A stretch of 64,000 nt of DNA from Candidatus Omnitrophota bacterium (GTDB lineage: Bacteria > Omnitrophota > Gorgyraeia > Zapsychrales > JANLHA01): contig JAKLFA010000002.1 of the NCBI GenBank assembly GCA_022711395.1, forward strand, positions 259,864-323,863, given 5' to 3'. Positions 17,362-29,697 of this stretch are shown here, one piece after another. Both the position numbers and the translations under genes were made by a program. Positions within the stretch are counted from its first letter, which is position 1. The number at the start of each line of letters is the position of its first letter. The notes under the pieces were generated by a model. That model made no database searches. It was not told the DNA's origin and was given only the letters and a program-made list of their open reading frames with translations.

Positions 17362-19086
17362 ATGCCGAAAAAATCCAAAAAAATCATGACCGGGGCTGAA
17401 GCTCTGATCAAATGCCTTGAAAATCAGGGTGTTGAATATATCTTTGGCTATCCAGGCGGCGCGGTAATCCCGATCTTTGACGCGCTGGTCAATTCCAAAA
17501 TAAAGCTCATTTTGGTGCGCCATGAGCAGGGCGCGACCCACATGGCGGATGGTTATGCCCGCGCCACCGGCAAGCCGGGCGTGGTCTGCGTAACATCCGG
17601 GCCTGCGGCCACTAACGCGATCACCGGTATTATGACCGCGATGATGGATTCGATCCCTATGATCGTCTTAACCGGACAAACGATCACTCCCCTTTTGGGT
17701 AAGGATGCGTTCCAGGAGACGGACACCTTCAGCGTGAGCATGCCTGTTGTTAAGCACAATTATCTTGTGAAAAAAGCTAATGAGATCCCCCGCATTGTGA
17801 AAGAAGCGTTCTATATCACTCAAACGGGCCGTCCGGGTCCGGTTTTGATCGATCTGCCCAAAGACACGACAGCGGGCGAATTTACCGCTTCGACACTGGA
17901 TCCTGAAATGGATATCCCCGGCTATAAGCTTCCAGCCAAGATCAAGTCGGTTGATATCAAGGCTTTTGCCAAACAATTTAAAAATAGCAAGAAGCCTCTT
18001 CTTCTCGTCGGGCATGGGGCTGTGATTTCGAAAGCCCATAAAGAGGTCTTGGCTTTTGCGGAAAAGATCAAGGCCCCGGTTGCCACAACGCTTTTGGGAA
18101 AAGGAGCGTTTCCGGAAAGCCATCCTCTCTCTTTGGGAATGATCGGCATGCATGGGACCGCATATTCCAACAAGGCCTTGATCGGTTGCGACCTGATCTG
18201 TTCGATCGGAAGCCGCTGGGATGATAGGGTGAACACGAACAACATGGAGTTCTGCCTGGGGGCCAAGAAGCTGCACATTGATATCGACCAGGGAGAGATC
18301 AATAAGATCGTCAAACCCGATTCCTATCTCATCGGGGATGCCAAGGAAATTTTAACAGAACTCTTGAAGCACGTGGATCCGCTTGAGACCGGAACATGGT
18401 TGAAGGAAATGGATTTCTATAAAAAAGAGTTTCCTCTTCATTACAGCAATGAGCATGGGCTGACCGCTCAGTATGTGATCGATCTGGCCTATCAGATCAC
18501 GAAAGGAAAATCGATCGTTGTGACGGATGTCGGGCAGCATCAGATGTGGGCCGCTCAATTTTATAGAACGGACTATCCGGACAGCTGGCTTTCTTCGGGT
18601 GGTGCCGGGACCATGGGGTATGGTTTTCCGGCCGCTTTGGGAGCTCAATTCGGCCGTCCCAAAGACCATGTGCTGGCTATCGTCGGGGATGGCGGTTTTC
18701 AGATGACGTTTTACGAGCTGGCAACAGCTTCGATCCATAAACTGCCGGTGAAGGTCCTGGTGATCGATAATAAGTATCTGGGTATGGTGCGCCAATGGCA
18801 GGAGCTTTTCTTTGACAATCGCCTTTCCGGTGTCGACCTCGAAGGAAACCCGGATTTTGTCAAACTTGGCGAGGCCTACGGTATCAAGGGATTTCATATC
18901 GACAATGTGGAAAAAGCCCAGGAAATCATGACCCAGGCCCTCAACTACAAGGGCCCGGCGATCATCCATGCGGAAGTGATCAAGGAAGACAATGTTTTTC
19001 CCATGATCCCGGCGGGAAAATCCGCTTATCACATGATCATTGAGCCTCCGACTGAAAAACTCGAACGCCCAAGCGGAAGCACTTAG
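17362..19086 (+). CDS. ilvB: Acetolactate synthase large subunit
   Basis: ThDP-enzyme blocks GYPGGAVIPIFDAL, GATNAITGIMTA and the ThDP-binding GDGGFQMT...N. 574 aa. Confidence 0.9.
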   Translation: MPKKSKKIMTGAEALIKCLENQGVEYIFGYPGGAVIPIFDALVNSKIKLILVRHEQGATHMADGYARATGKPGVVCVTSGPAATNAITGIMTAMMDSIPMIVLTGQTITPLLGKDAFQETDTFSVSMPVVKHNYLVKKANEIPRIVKEAFYITQTGRPGPVLIDLPKDTTAGEFTASTLDPEMDIPGYKLPAKIKSVDIKAFAKQFKNSKKPLLLVGHGAVISKAHKEVLAFAEKIKAPVATTLLGKGAFPESHPLSLGMIGMHGTAYSNKALIGCDLICSIGSRWDDRVNTNNMEFCLGAKKLHIDIDQGEINKIVKPDSYLIGDAKEILTELLKHVDPLETGTWLKEMDFYKKEFPLHYSNEHGLTAQYVIDLAYQITKGKSIVVTDVGQHQMWAAQFYRTDYPDSWLSSGGAGTMGYGFPAALGAQFGRPKDHVLAIVGDGGFQMTFYELATASIHKLPVKVLVIDNKYLGMVRQWQELFFDNRLSGVDLEGNPDFVKLGEAYGIKGFHIDNVEKAQEIMTQALNYKGPAIIHAEVIKEDNVFPMIPAGKSAYHMIIEPPTEKLERPSGST

Positions 19087-19100
19087 AAAAAGGAAAATCC

Positions 19101-19613
19101 ATGACTGCCATAAAATCCAAAGACGGTTTTACACATACCATCAGCATGCTTGTTGCCAATAAGCCTGGCGTCCTTGTCCGGATCGCCATGGCGTTTTCCC
19201 GGCGGGGATTTAACATCGATTCATTGGTCGTCTCCCCTTCGGCTAACGAAAAGTTCTCTCGCATGACCATTACCGCCCAGGGGGACCCTGAGACGCTGGA
19301 ACAGATCATCCGTCAGGCCAATAAGCTGGTGGATGTGATCCACGCCTGGGAGCACAATGATCAGGAGGCGATCCATTCAGAACTGGCTCTTTTTAAAGTG
19401 CGCAAAAAAGGCAATTCTAAATCCGTGATCAACGGGTTGATCAAGGCCTTTCAAGCCCGGATCATTGATGACTCGGAAGATTCCTTCATCATTGAGCAGG
19501 TCGGAGAAACCAAGGAGCTCGATAAACTTGAGGATATCCTTAAAAAGTACGGTGTCGTGGAAATGGTTCGGACCGGTAAAGTCGTCATGGTCAAAGGCCA
19601 TCAACCGACGTGA
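19101..19613 (+). CDS. ilvN: Acetolactate synthase small (regulatory, ACT) subunit
   Basis: ISMLVANKPGVLVRIAMAFSRRGFNIDSLVV is the ACT domain. It lies 15 nt after ilvB. Confidence 0.9.
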   Translation: MTAIKSKDGFTHTISMLVANKPGVLVRIAMAFSRRGFNIDSLVVSPSANEKFSRMTITAQGDPETLEQIIRQANKLVDVIHAWEHNDQEAIHSELALFKVRKKGNSKSVINGLIKAFQARIIDDSEDSFIIEQVGETKELDKLEDILKKYGVVEMVRTGKVVMVKGHQPT

Positions 19614-19633
19614 TCGGGTCGCATATTTCAGCG

Positions 19634-19670
19634 AATAAAAAAACCAATGGGATCTCCCATTGGTTTTTTT
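19634..19670. terminator. Bidirectional rho-independent terminator between ilvN (+) and sod (-)
   Basis: AAAAAAA CCAATGGGA tc TCCCATTGG TTTTTTT. The stem is at 19644-19663, with an A-tract on one side and a T-tract on the other. Confidence 0.75.
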
Positions 19671-19691
19671 ATTGGTGTTTTTTAGAAACGT

Positions 19692-20315
19692 TTATTTTTT
19701 AGCCGCGGCATATAACTTGGCGACCGCGTCCCAATTGATGACGCTCCAAAAGGCATCGATGTATTCCGGCCTTCTATTCTGATATTTCAGATAGTAGGCA
19801 TGCTCCCACACATCCAGATTCAATATTGGGGCTCCTTGAACCGCGGCATCCTCTGCGGTCGGGGAATCCTGGTTCGGCGTTTTTGTGACCGCAAGCGTTC
19901 CATCCTTTTTAACGATCAGCCAGGCCCAGCCACTGCCGAATTGTGTTAGTGCGGCGTTTGAGAACTCCTCTTTGAATTTTTCGAATGAACCGAAGGTCTT
20001 ATCAATGGCCTTGGCCAGGTCGCCTTCCGGTTTGGATTTGCCTTTTCCCAAAACAGACCAGAAAATCTCGTGGTTGACATGCCCCCCGCCGTTATTGCGA
20101 ACAGCGGCGCGCGCCTCCTGCGGGACAGAAGACAGGTTCGCGATCAGGTCTTCTGCAGACCGTTTGGCAAGGTCAGGATATTTTTCTACGGCGGCATTGA
20201 GTTTGCTGGTATAAGCAGCGTGATGTTTGTCATGATGGATCTCCATCGTCTTTGCGTCGATATAAGGCTCTAACGCGTTATAAGCGTATGGAAGATCTTT
20301 TGTTATATAAGGCAT
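19692..20315 (-). CDS. sodA: Fe/Mn superoxide dismutase
   Basis: [25 protein letters not shown]...[18 protein letters not shown]. Canonical Fe/Mn-SOD metal ligands and signature. Confidence 0.95.
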   Translation of the reverse strand: MPYITKDLPYAYNALEPYIDAKTMEIHHDKHHAAYTSKLNAAVEKYPDLAKRSAEDLIANLSSVPQEARAAVRNNGGGHVNHEIFWSVLGKGKSKPEGDLAKAIDKTFGSFEKFKEEFSNAALTQFGSGWAWLIVKKDGTLAVTKTPNQDSPTAEDAAVQGAPILNLDVWEHAYYLKYQNRRPEYIDAFWSVINWDAVAKLYAAAKK

Positions 20316-20388
20316 AGCACCCTCCTTTTTGTCATCAATAAGTCGTAATAAAAGGTCAAATCTTACAAAAACGGCAAAAATAAATCGA

Positions 20389-21330
20389 TTATTCCCCTTC
20401 TAAAAAACGCTCAGCCTCAAGGGCGGCCATGCATCCGCTTCCGGCAGCTGTAATGGCCTGACGATAGACCTTATCCTGGACATCGCCACAGGCAAAAACT
20501 CCCTTGATGTTCGTCTGAGTGGTTCCGGGTATTGTCTTGATGTAGCCGGTCTCATCACAAAGAAGCTGTCCGTTCAAAAAGGATGTATTGGGCAGATGGC
20601 CCACGGCGTAAAAGAGCCCTTTTACTTCCAGGGTCCGCAATTCGTTCGTTTTGACATGCTGGACCCTCACGCCGGTCAGGAATTTTTCCCCGATGGCTTC
20701 CACGGGAACGTGATCCCAAATGATCTCGATCTTAGGATTAGAAAACGCCCTTTTCTGCATGGATTTGGAAGCTCGCAGTTGATCTCTCCTGTGAACAAGG
20801 TAGACACGTGAGGCGAATTTTGTGAGGAATGTGGCTTCTTCCACTGCGGAGTCCCCGCCGCCGATCACGGCCAAGGCCTGGTTGCGGAACATCGGCAAAG
20901 CTCCGTCGCAAACCGCACAGGCGGAAATCCCTTTTTGCCAGTATTCAGACTCGCCTTTCAGGCTCATTCGCCTGGCGGTGGCTCCGGTGGCAATGATCAA
21001 GGCTTCGCATTCAAAAATTTCTTTACCGGTCTTGATCTTGAACGGACGCGATGATACGTCAACCGCATCCACGGTCTTTGTTTCAATGCGGGTGCCGTAG
21101 CGCAGGGATTGCTCCCTCATGCGCATCATAAGTTCAGGGCCGGAAACAGCCTGCGGAAAACCGGGAAAATTTTCGATCTCTGTTGTCGTGGTCAGTTGTC
21201 CGCCTGCCGCGATCCCGGCGGCCATGAAGCCCTCAAACATCAGGGGTTTAAGATTGGCCCGGGCGGTATAGATCGCAGCGGTATGGGCGGCTGGACCAGA
21301 ACCGATGATAATGATCTTTTCCATCTGCAT
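20389..21330 (-). CDS. trxB: Thioredoxin-disulfide reductase
   Basis: [15 protein letters not shown] motif, redox-active CAVCDG, and the NADPH motif [10 protein letters not shown]. Confidence 0.95.
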   Translation of the reverse strand: MQMEKIIIIGSGPAAHTAAIYTARANLKPLMFEGFMAAGIAAGGQLTTTTEIENFPGFPQAVSGPELMMRMREQSLRYGTRIETKTVDAVDVSSRPFKIKTGKEIFECEALIIATGATARRMSLKGESEYWQKGISACAVCDGALPMFRNQALAVIGGGDSAVEEATFLTKFASRVYLVHRRDQLRASKSMQKRAFSNPKIEIIWDHVPVEAIGEKFLTGVRVQHVKTNELRTLEVKGLFYAVGHLPNTSFLNGQLLCDETGYIKTIPGTTQTNIKGVFACGDVQDKVYRQAITAAGSGCMAALEAERFLEGE

Positions 21331-21501
21331 CCTTTCCGTTAAAATTCCTGCTCATTCTAGTATAAAATCACAGGCTAATCAAATACATATCTGGATTTGA
21401 AGCTTTTTTAAACCGAAGAAGCGGTTGTATTTAGATTATTCGCTTGATATGTAAATTAATCAGTGCTAAAGTATACATACTTATCTTAGGATTATAATTA
21501 A

Positions 21502-23322
21502 ATGAAAAAAGAAATTTTTGGACATACCTTTCACATCCCGGTCATGGGGACGGGTTTTACGATCGACAGCCCGCTCAAAGTCGCCAAATACGGCATTTCA
21601 TCGGTCATTTCTTTGGTCGACGATACGCTGATGGAACAGATGCGGAAATTTTATGCCGAAAAGTTCGGTGAGCCCTATATCCCGATCGAAAAAGGCGATC
21701 CTGACCGTCGCGCGCGAAGGGTCACGGAATATCTTAATTTGCTCGATAAGCTTGTCAAAAAGCAGTTTGAAGAGCTTCGGAATTCCGCCTTTGAGATCGA
21801 AAGTGAGATCCACAAATATTTTGAACTTTTACCAGATACTTCCCCGCTCAAAAAAGTCTATACCCATATGATGGCCCTCCCAGAGGGGACAAAAAAGACA
21901 GAGATGCAGAATGAGCTGCGAAAGAACATGCAGCCTGGAAGTATTGATGTCAATATTATGACCAAGCTCGATAAGCCTGCGCTTGATGAACATGGGCGTC
22001 CCGCATTCAATGAGTTTTCGGAAGCGCTCGCGAATTTACGAGGGTATGCGCAAAGCAGTCTAAAATCCGCCATCGTTTTTTCAGCCGGATTGAACCAGCG
22101 CTTATACAGTTACATTGAAAATTTCAAGGATTTTTATGCTGATGCTTCTGGGGACATCAAAAAACGCATTGTTCTGAAAGTCAGTGATTTCCGTTCCTCT
22201 TTGATCCAGGGAAAAATTTTTGCAAAAAAGGGTTTATGGGTCTCGGAATTTCGTGTTGAATCCGGCTTGAACTGCGGGGGCCATGCCTTCTCCTCCGGAG
22301 GATATTTGATGGGGCCTATTCTGGAAGAGTTCAAGACAAAGCGAACGGAGCTTTATTCACAGCTCAAGGATCTGTATGATGCTGCTCTTCAGGCCAAGAA
22401 CATCCCTGCGCCTAAAGTTGCGCCGACCGTGAGCGTGACCGCTCAGGGCGGGATCGGCACCTATGAAGAAGATTCTTTTCTGAGGCGCCATTATGATCTG
22501 GATTCGACGGGATGGGGCACTCCTTTTCTTTTGTGTCCGGAAGCGACCAATGTGGATGAGTCAACTCTTCAGAAGCTTGTTGATGCCGATGAGGATGACC
22601 TTTACATGAGCGATTCCTCTCCCCTGGGGATCCCGTTCAATAATTTGCGTAACAGTTCTTCCGAAGAGGACAAGCGAGGGCGCATCAGATCAGGAAAACC
22701 CGGAGCCCCTTGCGTCAAGGGAACACTCGCCATGAATGATGAGTTCGGGACCCTGCTCTGTCCCGCATCGATCACCTATCAGACAAAGAAGATCGATCAG
22801 TTGAAGAAACTCAATCTCCCGGATGAAGAATTCAAACGGCAGTACGCTCTTATCACCGCCAAGGCCTGTATCTGTCATCAACTCGGAAATGGCGTCCTCC
22901 AAAAGAATGGGATTATTCCGAATGATAGCCAGCCAGTTTCTGTTTGCCCGGGGCCAAATCTCGCATATTTTTCTAAGGTCGTGAGTTTAAAAGAAATGAT
23001 CGATCATATTTACGGACGGATTTCCGTGCTGAATGACAAACCGCGGCCCAATCTTTTTTTGAAAGAATTGGTTTTGAATATTGAGCACTTGGCGCATTAT
23101 GTGCAAGATATCGTGCCGCAGATGGATGCTAAACAGAAGAAATACGCGGAACAGTTCTGCCAAAACCTTTTTGACGGGATCGATTATTACCAAACGCTTT
23201 TTTCCGAAACTGTCGGATCCGCCAAGATCTTCGGCGATAGCGCCAAAGAATCACTGGACGATTTGCGCCAGCATCTGCAGTCTTTCATGTCCCAACATCA
23301 GCTGGTTCTCACCACAGCCTGA
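21502..23322 (+). CDS. Hypothetical 606 aa protein, possibly a divergent FMN-dependent TIM-barrel oxidoreductase-like (NMO/FabK/PfaD-like) fold with large insertions
   Basis: Weak motif-level resemblance only. IPVMGTGFTIDSPLKVAKYGISSVISL resembles the NMO PIIqapMagvs-peLaaAVS-AGGLG block. VTAQGGIGTYEE...DSTGWGTPFLLCPEA resembles ViAAGGI-dgrg...GAdGVQMGTRFLat-Es. I recognise no named family. Confidence 0.35.
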   Translation: MKKEIFGHTFHIPVMGTGFTIDSPLKVAKYGISSVISLVDDTLMEQMRKFYAEKFGEPYIPIEKGDPDRRARRVTEYLNLLDKLVKKQFEELRNSAFEIESEIHKYFELLPDTSPLKKVYTHMMALPEGTKKTEMQNELRKNMQPGSIDVNIMTKLDKPALDEHGRPAFNEFSEALANLRGYAQSSLKSAIVFSAGLNQRLYSYIENFKDFYADASGDIKKRIVLKVSDFRSSLIQGKIFAKKGLWVSEFRVESGLNCGGHAFSSGGYLMGPILEEFKTKRTELYSQLKDLYDAALQAKNIPAPKVAPTVSVTAQGGIGTYEEDSFLRRHYDLDSTGWGTPFLLCPEATNVDESTLQKLVDADEDDLYMSDSSPLGIPFNNLRNSSSEEDKRGRIRSGKPGAPCVKGTLAMNDEFGTLLCPASITYQTKKIDQLKKLNLPDEEFKRQYALITAKACICHQLGNGVLQKNGIIPNDSQPVSVCPGPNLAYFSKVVSLKEMIDHIYGRISVLNDKPRPNLFLKELVLNIEHLAHYVQDIVPQMDAKQKKYAEQFCQNLFDGIDYYQTLFSETVGSAKIFGDSAKESLDDLRQHLQSFMSQHQLVLTTA

Positions 23323-23337
23323 TATTCGATTTTTAAA

Positions 23338-24969
<1,632 letters not shown>

Positions 24970-24972
24970 TTA

Positions 24973-25000
24973 TTGACTAAAAGTTTTAAGGCATTATAGT
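24973..25000 (+). promoter_or_regulatory. Candidate sigma70 promoter for the MBL-fold hydrolase gene
   Basis: TTGACT, a 16 nt spacer, then TATAGT. A GGAG Shine-Dalgarno lies about 10 nt before the ATG at 25038. Confidence 0.3.
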
Positions 25001-25037
25001 ATAGCTTGTAAGGCAAAGCAAGGTTAAGAATGGAGCC

Positions 25038-25682
25038 GTGATGCAAAACATCTATCTGAAACAGATGGAGATCGGCCCGATGCAGAATTTCCAGTATTTC
25101 ATCGGTTGTCAAAGGACCCGTCAGATCGCTGTTGTTGACCCTGCCTGGGACATGGAACGCCTGCTCAGCGAAGCTGAAAATGATGAACTTGAGATCCGTC
25201 ATATCCTTTTGACCCACGGTCATCCTGATCATATGGAAGGCGCCGCAGAGCTTTCAAGGCGGCTGGAGATCCCTGTTTATATCTCCGAGAACGAAGCTCC
25301 TTTTTATATGCCTCATATCCAACGTTTGCGTCATATCATCGATGGGCAAAAGATCCCGATCGGAAAGGTCGAATTGCAGTGCATCGCTACGCCGGGTCAT
25401 ACGCCCGGATGCATGTGCTTTCGCATTGGGAATATTCTCCTTACGGGGGACACTCTATTCATTGATGGATGCGGACGATGCGACCTTCCAGGAGGAGATC
25501 CCCAGCGGATGTATGACACGCTTTATCATGTGATCAAAAGGCTGCCGGATGACCTCATCATTTACCCCGGGCACAGTTACGGACCATCCTCGTTCTGCAC
25601 TTTAGGCAAGCAGAAGCAGACAAACCCCTATCTGACCTGCAAGAGTAAAAAAGACTTCCTTGAACACCGGATGGGCTATTAA
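25038..25682 (+). CDS. MBL-fold metallo-hydrolase (glyoxalase II / hydroxyacylglutathione hydrolase-like)
   Basis: HILLTHGHPDHMEGA (the HxHxDH motif), downstream His/Asp ligands, about 214 aa. Confidence 0.85.
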   Translation: MMQNIYLKQMEIGPMQNFQYFIGCQRTRQIAVVDPAWDMERLLSEAENDELEIRHILLTHGHPDHMEGAAELSRRLEIPVYISENEAPFYMPHIQRLRHIIDGQKIPIGKVELQCIATPGHTPGCMCFRIGNILLTGDTLFIDGCGRCDLPGGDPQRMYDTLYHVIKRLPDDLIIYPGHSYGPSSFCTLGKQKQTNPYLTCKSKKDFLEHRMGY

Positions 25683-26545
25683 TGGTCCTTGAATCCTTTA
25701 AATAGCATTCTCTGGTAGATCCAACTGTAGAGTTTAAACGGGAGGATTTCCCGCAGGGTGATCTGAAGGCGGCTTTCGATCTCAGGAATGTAGCGCAAAG
25801 CAGGATCTTTTTTGCCGATGATCTGCTCGATCAATGCGGCAATGTCCTCCGGGTCGCGGTAATTATCCTTGAGGTGTTCATCGATCAATGCCTTAAGAAA
25901 ATGCGAACGTTTGAAATACGGGCTTCCTTCATTGTTAAAATTTTTCGCGAGCCGTTGATTTTCTCCAAAGATTTTTGTCTTGTAAGCGCCCGGTTCGATC
26001 AGCACAACCCGAATGCCGAAAGGCCTCAGCTCATAATACAGGCTTTCTGAAAAACCTTCGAGCGCCCATTTGCTGGCGTTATAAGCTCCGAATGCCGGCG
26101 CGCCATAGCGTCCGGAAATGCTTGAGATGTTGATGATCGTTCCTGAAGCCTTGGGCCTCATCAGCGGGATCACCGCGCGCGTGACGTTCTGAACGCCGAA
26201 AAAATTCGTTTCCATCAGGGAACGGATCTCTTCCTGTGTTAAGTCCTCGAAGTATCCGCCAATGGCATAGCCGGCATTGTTGATCACAACGTCAATGTGG
26301 CCGTGATCAGCCCCGATCTCTTTGACCACTTGCCCGATCGAAACAGGATCACAGACATCCAACGGAAGGATCTTGGCCTGTGCGTTGCGTTCCTTCAATT
26401 CATTAATAAGGGCGCCTTGTTTATTAAGGTCGCGCATCGTTGCGTATACGGCATGGCCTTTGGAAGCAAGACGGGCGGCGGCCAAAAGTCCAAAACCGCT
26501 GGAACAGCCTGTGATGAGGATGACTTTCGAATGTGATGAGTTCAT
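25679..26545 (-). CDS. SDR family NAD(P)-dependent oxidoreductase
   Basis: KVILITGCSSGFGLLAAARLASKGHAVYATMRD (TGxxxGxG), NNAG, and the YNASK catalytic tetrad. Start set at the MNSSHSK ATG (codon 35 of the track ORF) to avoid overlapping aroC. Confidence 0.85.
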   Translation of the reverse strand: MNSSHSKVILITGCSSGFGLLAAARLASKGHAVYATMRDLNKQGALINELKERNAQAKILPLDVCDPVSIGQVVKEIGADHGHIDVVINNAGYAIGGYFEDLTQEEIRSLMETNFFGVQNVTRAVIPLMRPKASGTIINISSISGRYGAPAFGAYNASKWALEGFSESLYYELRPFGIRVVLIEPGAYKTKIFGENQRLAKNFNNEGSPYFKRSHFLKALIDEHLKDNYRDPEDIAALIEQIIGKKDPALRYIPEIESRLQITLREILPFKLYSWIYQRMLFKGFKDH

Positions 26546-26556
26546 AAAAGAAAAGG

Positions 26557-27621
26557 TTATTGAATGCTTTTTTGGATCAGCCAGCAATCCAAGAGCGTCA
26601 CGTTGATCATGGCTTCGATGACCGGAACAATGCGCGGGCACAAGCATGGATCATGACGGCCTTTAACTTCAAGTTCCCGGTCTTTTCCTTCAGCCGTAAC
26701 GGTCGTTTGACGTTTGGAGATCGAGGACGGAGGCTTGACCGCGACCCTTAAAATGATGTCATTGCCGTTGGAAATACCGCCGAGTATGCCGCCTGCATGA
26801 TTTGTTGCGGTCGTGATGGTTCCATTCTTTTGCAAAAAGGCGTCATTGTTTTCAGATCCCCGCATTTGCGAAACGCCAAACCCTTCTCCAAATTCCAAGG
26901 CCTTGATCGTGGCGATGGAAAAAAGCGCTTGAGCCAAGCGCGCATTCAGCTTATCAAAGACCGGGTCTCCCAGGCCTGCAGGGCAGCCTTGCACAACGGC
27001 TTCCACGATCCCGCCGACGGAATCTCCGGCCGCCTTGGCCTCTTCGATCAGTTTGATCATTTTTTCGGCAGCGACAGGGTCACAGGTTCGCACAGGATTT
27101 TTTTCGATCGCATTGAGATCAATGGTCTGAGCCTGGACCGTTCCGACTGCTTTGGTGTAAGCGACGGTCCGGATCCCCAGGGAGTGAAGGATCTTTTTCG
27201 CGACAGCGCCGGCAGCCACACGGCAGGCGGTTTCACGTCCAGAAGAACGGCCGCCACCCCGGTAATCGCGGATCCCGTATTTTTCTGTGTAGGTAAAATC
27301 CGCGTGTCCTGGCCGAAAAATATCTTTGAGATGATTGTAATCCTTGGATTCTTGGTTGGTGTTGCGGATCAGGATCGCCAGCGGAGCTCCGGTTGTCTTA
27401 CCTTCAAACAGGCCGGATAAAATTTCAGCCTTATCTTCTTCCTTGCGCGGAGTCGTCACCGAACTTTGCCCGGGTTTACGCCGGTCAAGTTCTGCTTGAA
27501 TATCAGCTTCGGAGAGTTCGATGTTTGGAGGAACGCCGTCCAAGACAACACCGATCGCGGGTCCATGGCTTTCACCGAAAGTGGTCATGCGAAAAAGCTG
27601 TCCGAATGTGTTTCCTGCCAT
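26557..27621 (-). CDS. aroC: Chorismate synthase
   Basis: MAGNTFGQLFRMTTFGESHGPAIGVVLDGVPP is the canonical AroC N-terminus. Confidence 0.95.
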   Translation of the reverse strand: MAGNTFGQLFRMTTFGESHGPAIGVVLDGVPPNIELSEADIQAELDRRKPGQSSVTTPRKEEDKAEILSGLFEGKTTGAPLAILIRNTNQESKDYNHLKDIFRPGHADFTYTEKYGIRDYRGGGRSSGRETACRVAAGAVAKKILHSLGIRTVAYTKAVGTVQAQTIDLNAIEKNPVRTCDPVAAEKMIKLIEEAKAAGDSVGGIVEAVVQGCPAGLGDPVFDKLNARLAQALFSIATIKALEFGEGFGVSQMRGSENNDAFLQKNGTITTATNHAGGILGGISNGNDIILRVAVKPPSSISKRQTTVTAEGKDRELEVKGRHDPCLCPRIVPVIEAMINVTLLDCWLIQKSIQ

Positions 27622-27636
27622 TGTTTTAGTCCTTCA

Positions 27637-28251
27637 TTACGCCAGCCATGGCCTTGACGCAGCCAAAGACTGCTCATAGGAATCGATTTTATCTGAAAAT
27701 TGCAGTGTCCAGCCGATATGATCCAGTCCTTTGAGCAGGCAATCTTTCGCGAAGGCATGGATCTCAAAGGTGTATTCTTTTCCGCTCGGGCTGATCACTT
27801 TTTGCGCCGGCAGGTCCGCTGAAATCTGGCTTCCCGGCGACTTCAAAATTTCCTGAAAAAGTTCGTCAACGGATTTACTGTCTAATCGTACCAGAAGAAT
27901 TCCGTTCTTTAAACTGTTATTGTAAAAAATATCGGCAAAGCTCGGGGCGATGATTACCTTAAAGCCGTAATCTGACAGTGCCCACGGGGCATGCTCTCGG
28001 GAAGAACCGCAGCCGAAGTTGTCGCGCGCCAAAAGCACGGTTGCCTTACGGTAAACCGGCTGGTTTAAGACAAAATCCGGATTTTCCTTGGTCCCTTCAT
28101 AATCCGTGAACCGCAGTTCATGGAAGACGTGCTTGCCAAAACCGGTGCGCTCGGTCTTTTTCAGGAATTGTTTTGGTATGATCATGTCGGTATCGACATT
28201 GCTTCTGTCCAGCGGAGCGGCGATCCCTTTGTGAGTCAAAAATGGTTGCAT
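27637..28251 (-). CDS. leuD: 3-isopropylmalate dehydratase small subunit
   Basis: MQPFLTHKGIAAPLDRSNVDTDMIIPKQFLK. Start set at this ATG (codon 61 of the track ORF), 23 nt after the leuC stop. Confidence 0.85.
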   Translation of the reverse strand: MQPFLTHKGIAAPLDRSNVDTDMIIPKQFLKKTERTGFGKHVFHELRFTDYEGTKENPDFVLNQPVYRKATVLLARDNFGCGSSREHAPWALSDYGFKVIIAPSFADIFYNNSLKNGILLVRLDSKSVDELFQEILKSPGSQISADLPAQKVISPSGKEYTFEIHAFAKDCLLKGLDHIGWTLQFSDKIDSYEQSLAASRPWLA

Positions 28252-28273
28252 GAGTGTTCCTTTTTTCAGAGCA

Positions 28274-29674
28274 TTAAAGATATTTTCGTGCGTCGGCCAG
28301 TTTTCCTTCAATGGCAGCCGCCGCCGCCATGATCGGGCTGACCAGATGCGTCCGGCCGCCTGGGCCTTGCCGGCCTTCAAAGTTGCGGTTGCTGGTTGAA
28401 GCGCAGCGTTCCCCCTGGCTGAGCTGGTCATTGTTCATGGCCAGGCACATGGAACAGCCGGCGTAACGCCATTCAAACCCCGCCTTGATAAAAATTTTAT
28501 CCAACCCTTCTTTCTCAGCTTGCTTGCGCACCCGTCCAGAACCCGGGACGACCATGGCCCGGATGCCGGTTTTCACTTTACGCCCTTTTAAAATTTTTGC
28601 GGCTGCTCGCAGGTCTTCAATGCGGCCGTTGGTGCATGAACCAAGAAAGACCGTGTTGATCTCGATATCGGTCATTTTCATTCCGCCGGTCAACCCCATA
28701 TAGCGCAGGGCGTTTTTACAGGATGTCTGTTCTGTTTTGTCTGTGTAATCCTCCGGTTTAGGAACACAGCCGCCGATGGACGTTACCTGGCCTGGGCTGG
28801 TCCCCCAGGTGACCTGGGGATCAATGTCTTTCGCCTTGAATTCATAGACCTTATCGAATTGAGCTCCCTTATCAGAGGCCAGGGTTTTCCAATAACTCAC
28901 GGCCTTTTTCCACTGGTCCTTGTTGGGAGCGAATTCTTTCCCCTTTAAATATTTAAACGTAACTTCATCTGGCGCGATCATCCCGGCACGGGCTCCAGCT
29001 TCAATGCTCATGTTGCAGACCGTCATCCGGCCTTCCATGGAAAGGCTTCGGATCGCGGATCCGCCATATTCCACGACATAGCCGGTGGCGCCCGCTGTTC
29101 CGATCTGCCCGATGATATACAGGATGATGTCCTTGGCGGTCACACCCTTTTTCAGCCTCCCGTCAACCTTGATCAGCATGGCCTTAGATTTGTTCTGCTG
29201 CAGGGTTTGTGTCGCCAAAACATGTTCCACTTCCGAAGTGCCGATCCCGAAGGCCAAAGCGCCGAATGCACCGTGGGTGGCGGTATGTGAATCCCCGCAG
29301 ACGATCGTCATCCCCGGCTGGGTGATGCCGTGCTCGGGCCCGATGATATGAACGATCCCCTGGTTTTCACTTTGAAAATCATAAAGTTCAACATCAAACT
29401 CTTTGCAGTTTCTGGCCAGGGCCTCCATCTGGATCTTGGACATTCCAGTCACGGCTTTGGGATCTTTTGTGTCCGTCGGAACATTGTGGTCCATGGTCGC
29501 GGTCGTTTTTTTAGGGCAACGGATTTTGCGTTTGCTCAATCTTAAACCCTCAAAGGCCTGCGGGCTTGTAACCTCATGTACCAAATGGCGGTCAATATAA
29601 ATTAAGGCTGTATCATTCTGGCTCTCTCTGACCAGATGGGCATCCCAGATTTTGTCATACAATGTCTTAGCCAT
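28274..29674 (-). CDS. leuC: 3-isopropylmalate dehydratase large subunit
   Basis: [15 protein letters not shown]..., with aconitase-family Fe-S ligands CGDSHT and the GSCTNGR-like block. Confidence 0.9.
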   Translation of the reverse strand: MAKTLYDKIWDAHLVRESQNDTALIYIDRHLVHEVTSPQAFEGLRLSKRKIRCPKKTTATMDHNVPTDTKDPKAVTGMSKIQMEALARNCKEFDVELYDFQSENQGIVHIIGPEHGITQPGMTIVCGDSHTATHGAFGALAFGIGTSEVEHVLATQTLQQNKSKAMLIKVDGRLKKGVTAKDIILYIIGQIGTAGATGYVVEYGGSAIRSLSMEGRMTVCNMSIEAGARAGMIAPDEVTFKYLKGKEFAPNKDQWKKAVSYWKTLASDKGAQFDKVYEFKAKDIDPQVTWGTSPGQVTSIGGCVPKPEDYTDKTEQTSCKNALRYMGLTGGMKMTDIEINTVFLGSCTNGRIEDLRAAAKILKGRKVKTGIRAMVVPGSGRVRKQAEKEGLDKIFIKAGFEWRYAGCSMCLAMNNDQLSQGERCASTSNRNFEGRQGPGGRTHLVSPIMAAAAAIEGKLADARKYL

Positions 29675-29697
29675 GTCACGCGATCCCTTTCCAACAT

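Noticed and set aside
17668-19032. Minus-strand ORFs of 130-226 aa inside ilvB (17668..18276, 17922..18314, 18352..19032) and 19037..19309 across the ilvB/ilvN junction
   Set aside because: They are antisense shadows of a well-conserved, highly expressed biosynthetic gene and have no family resemblance.
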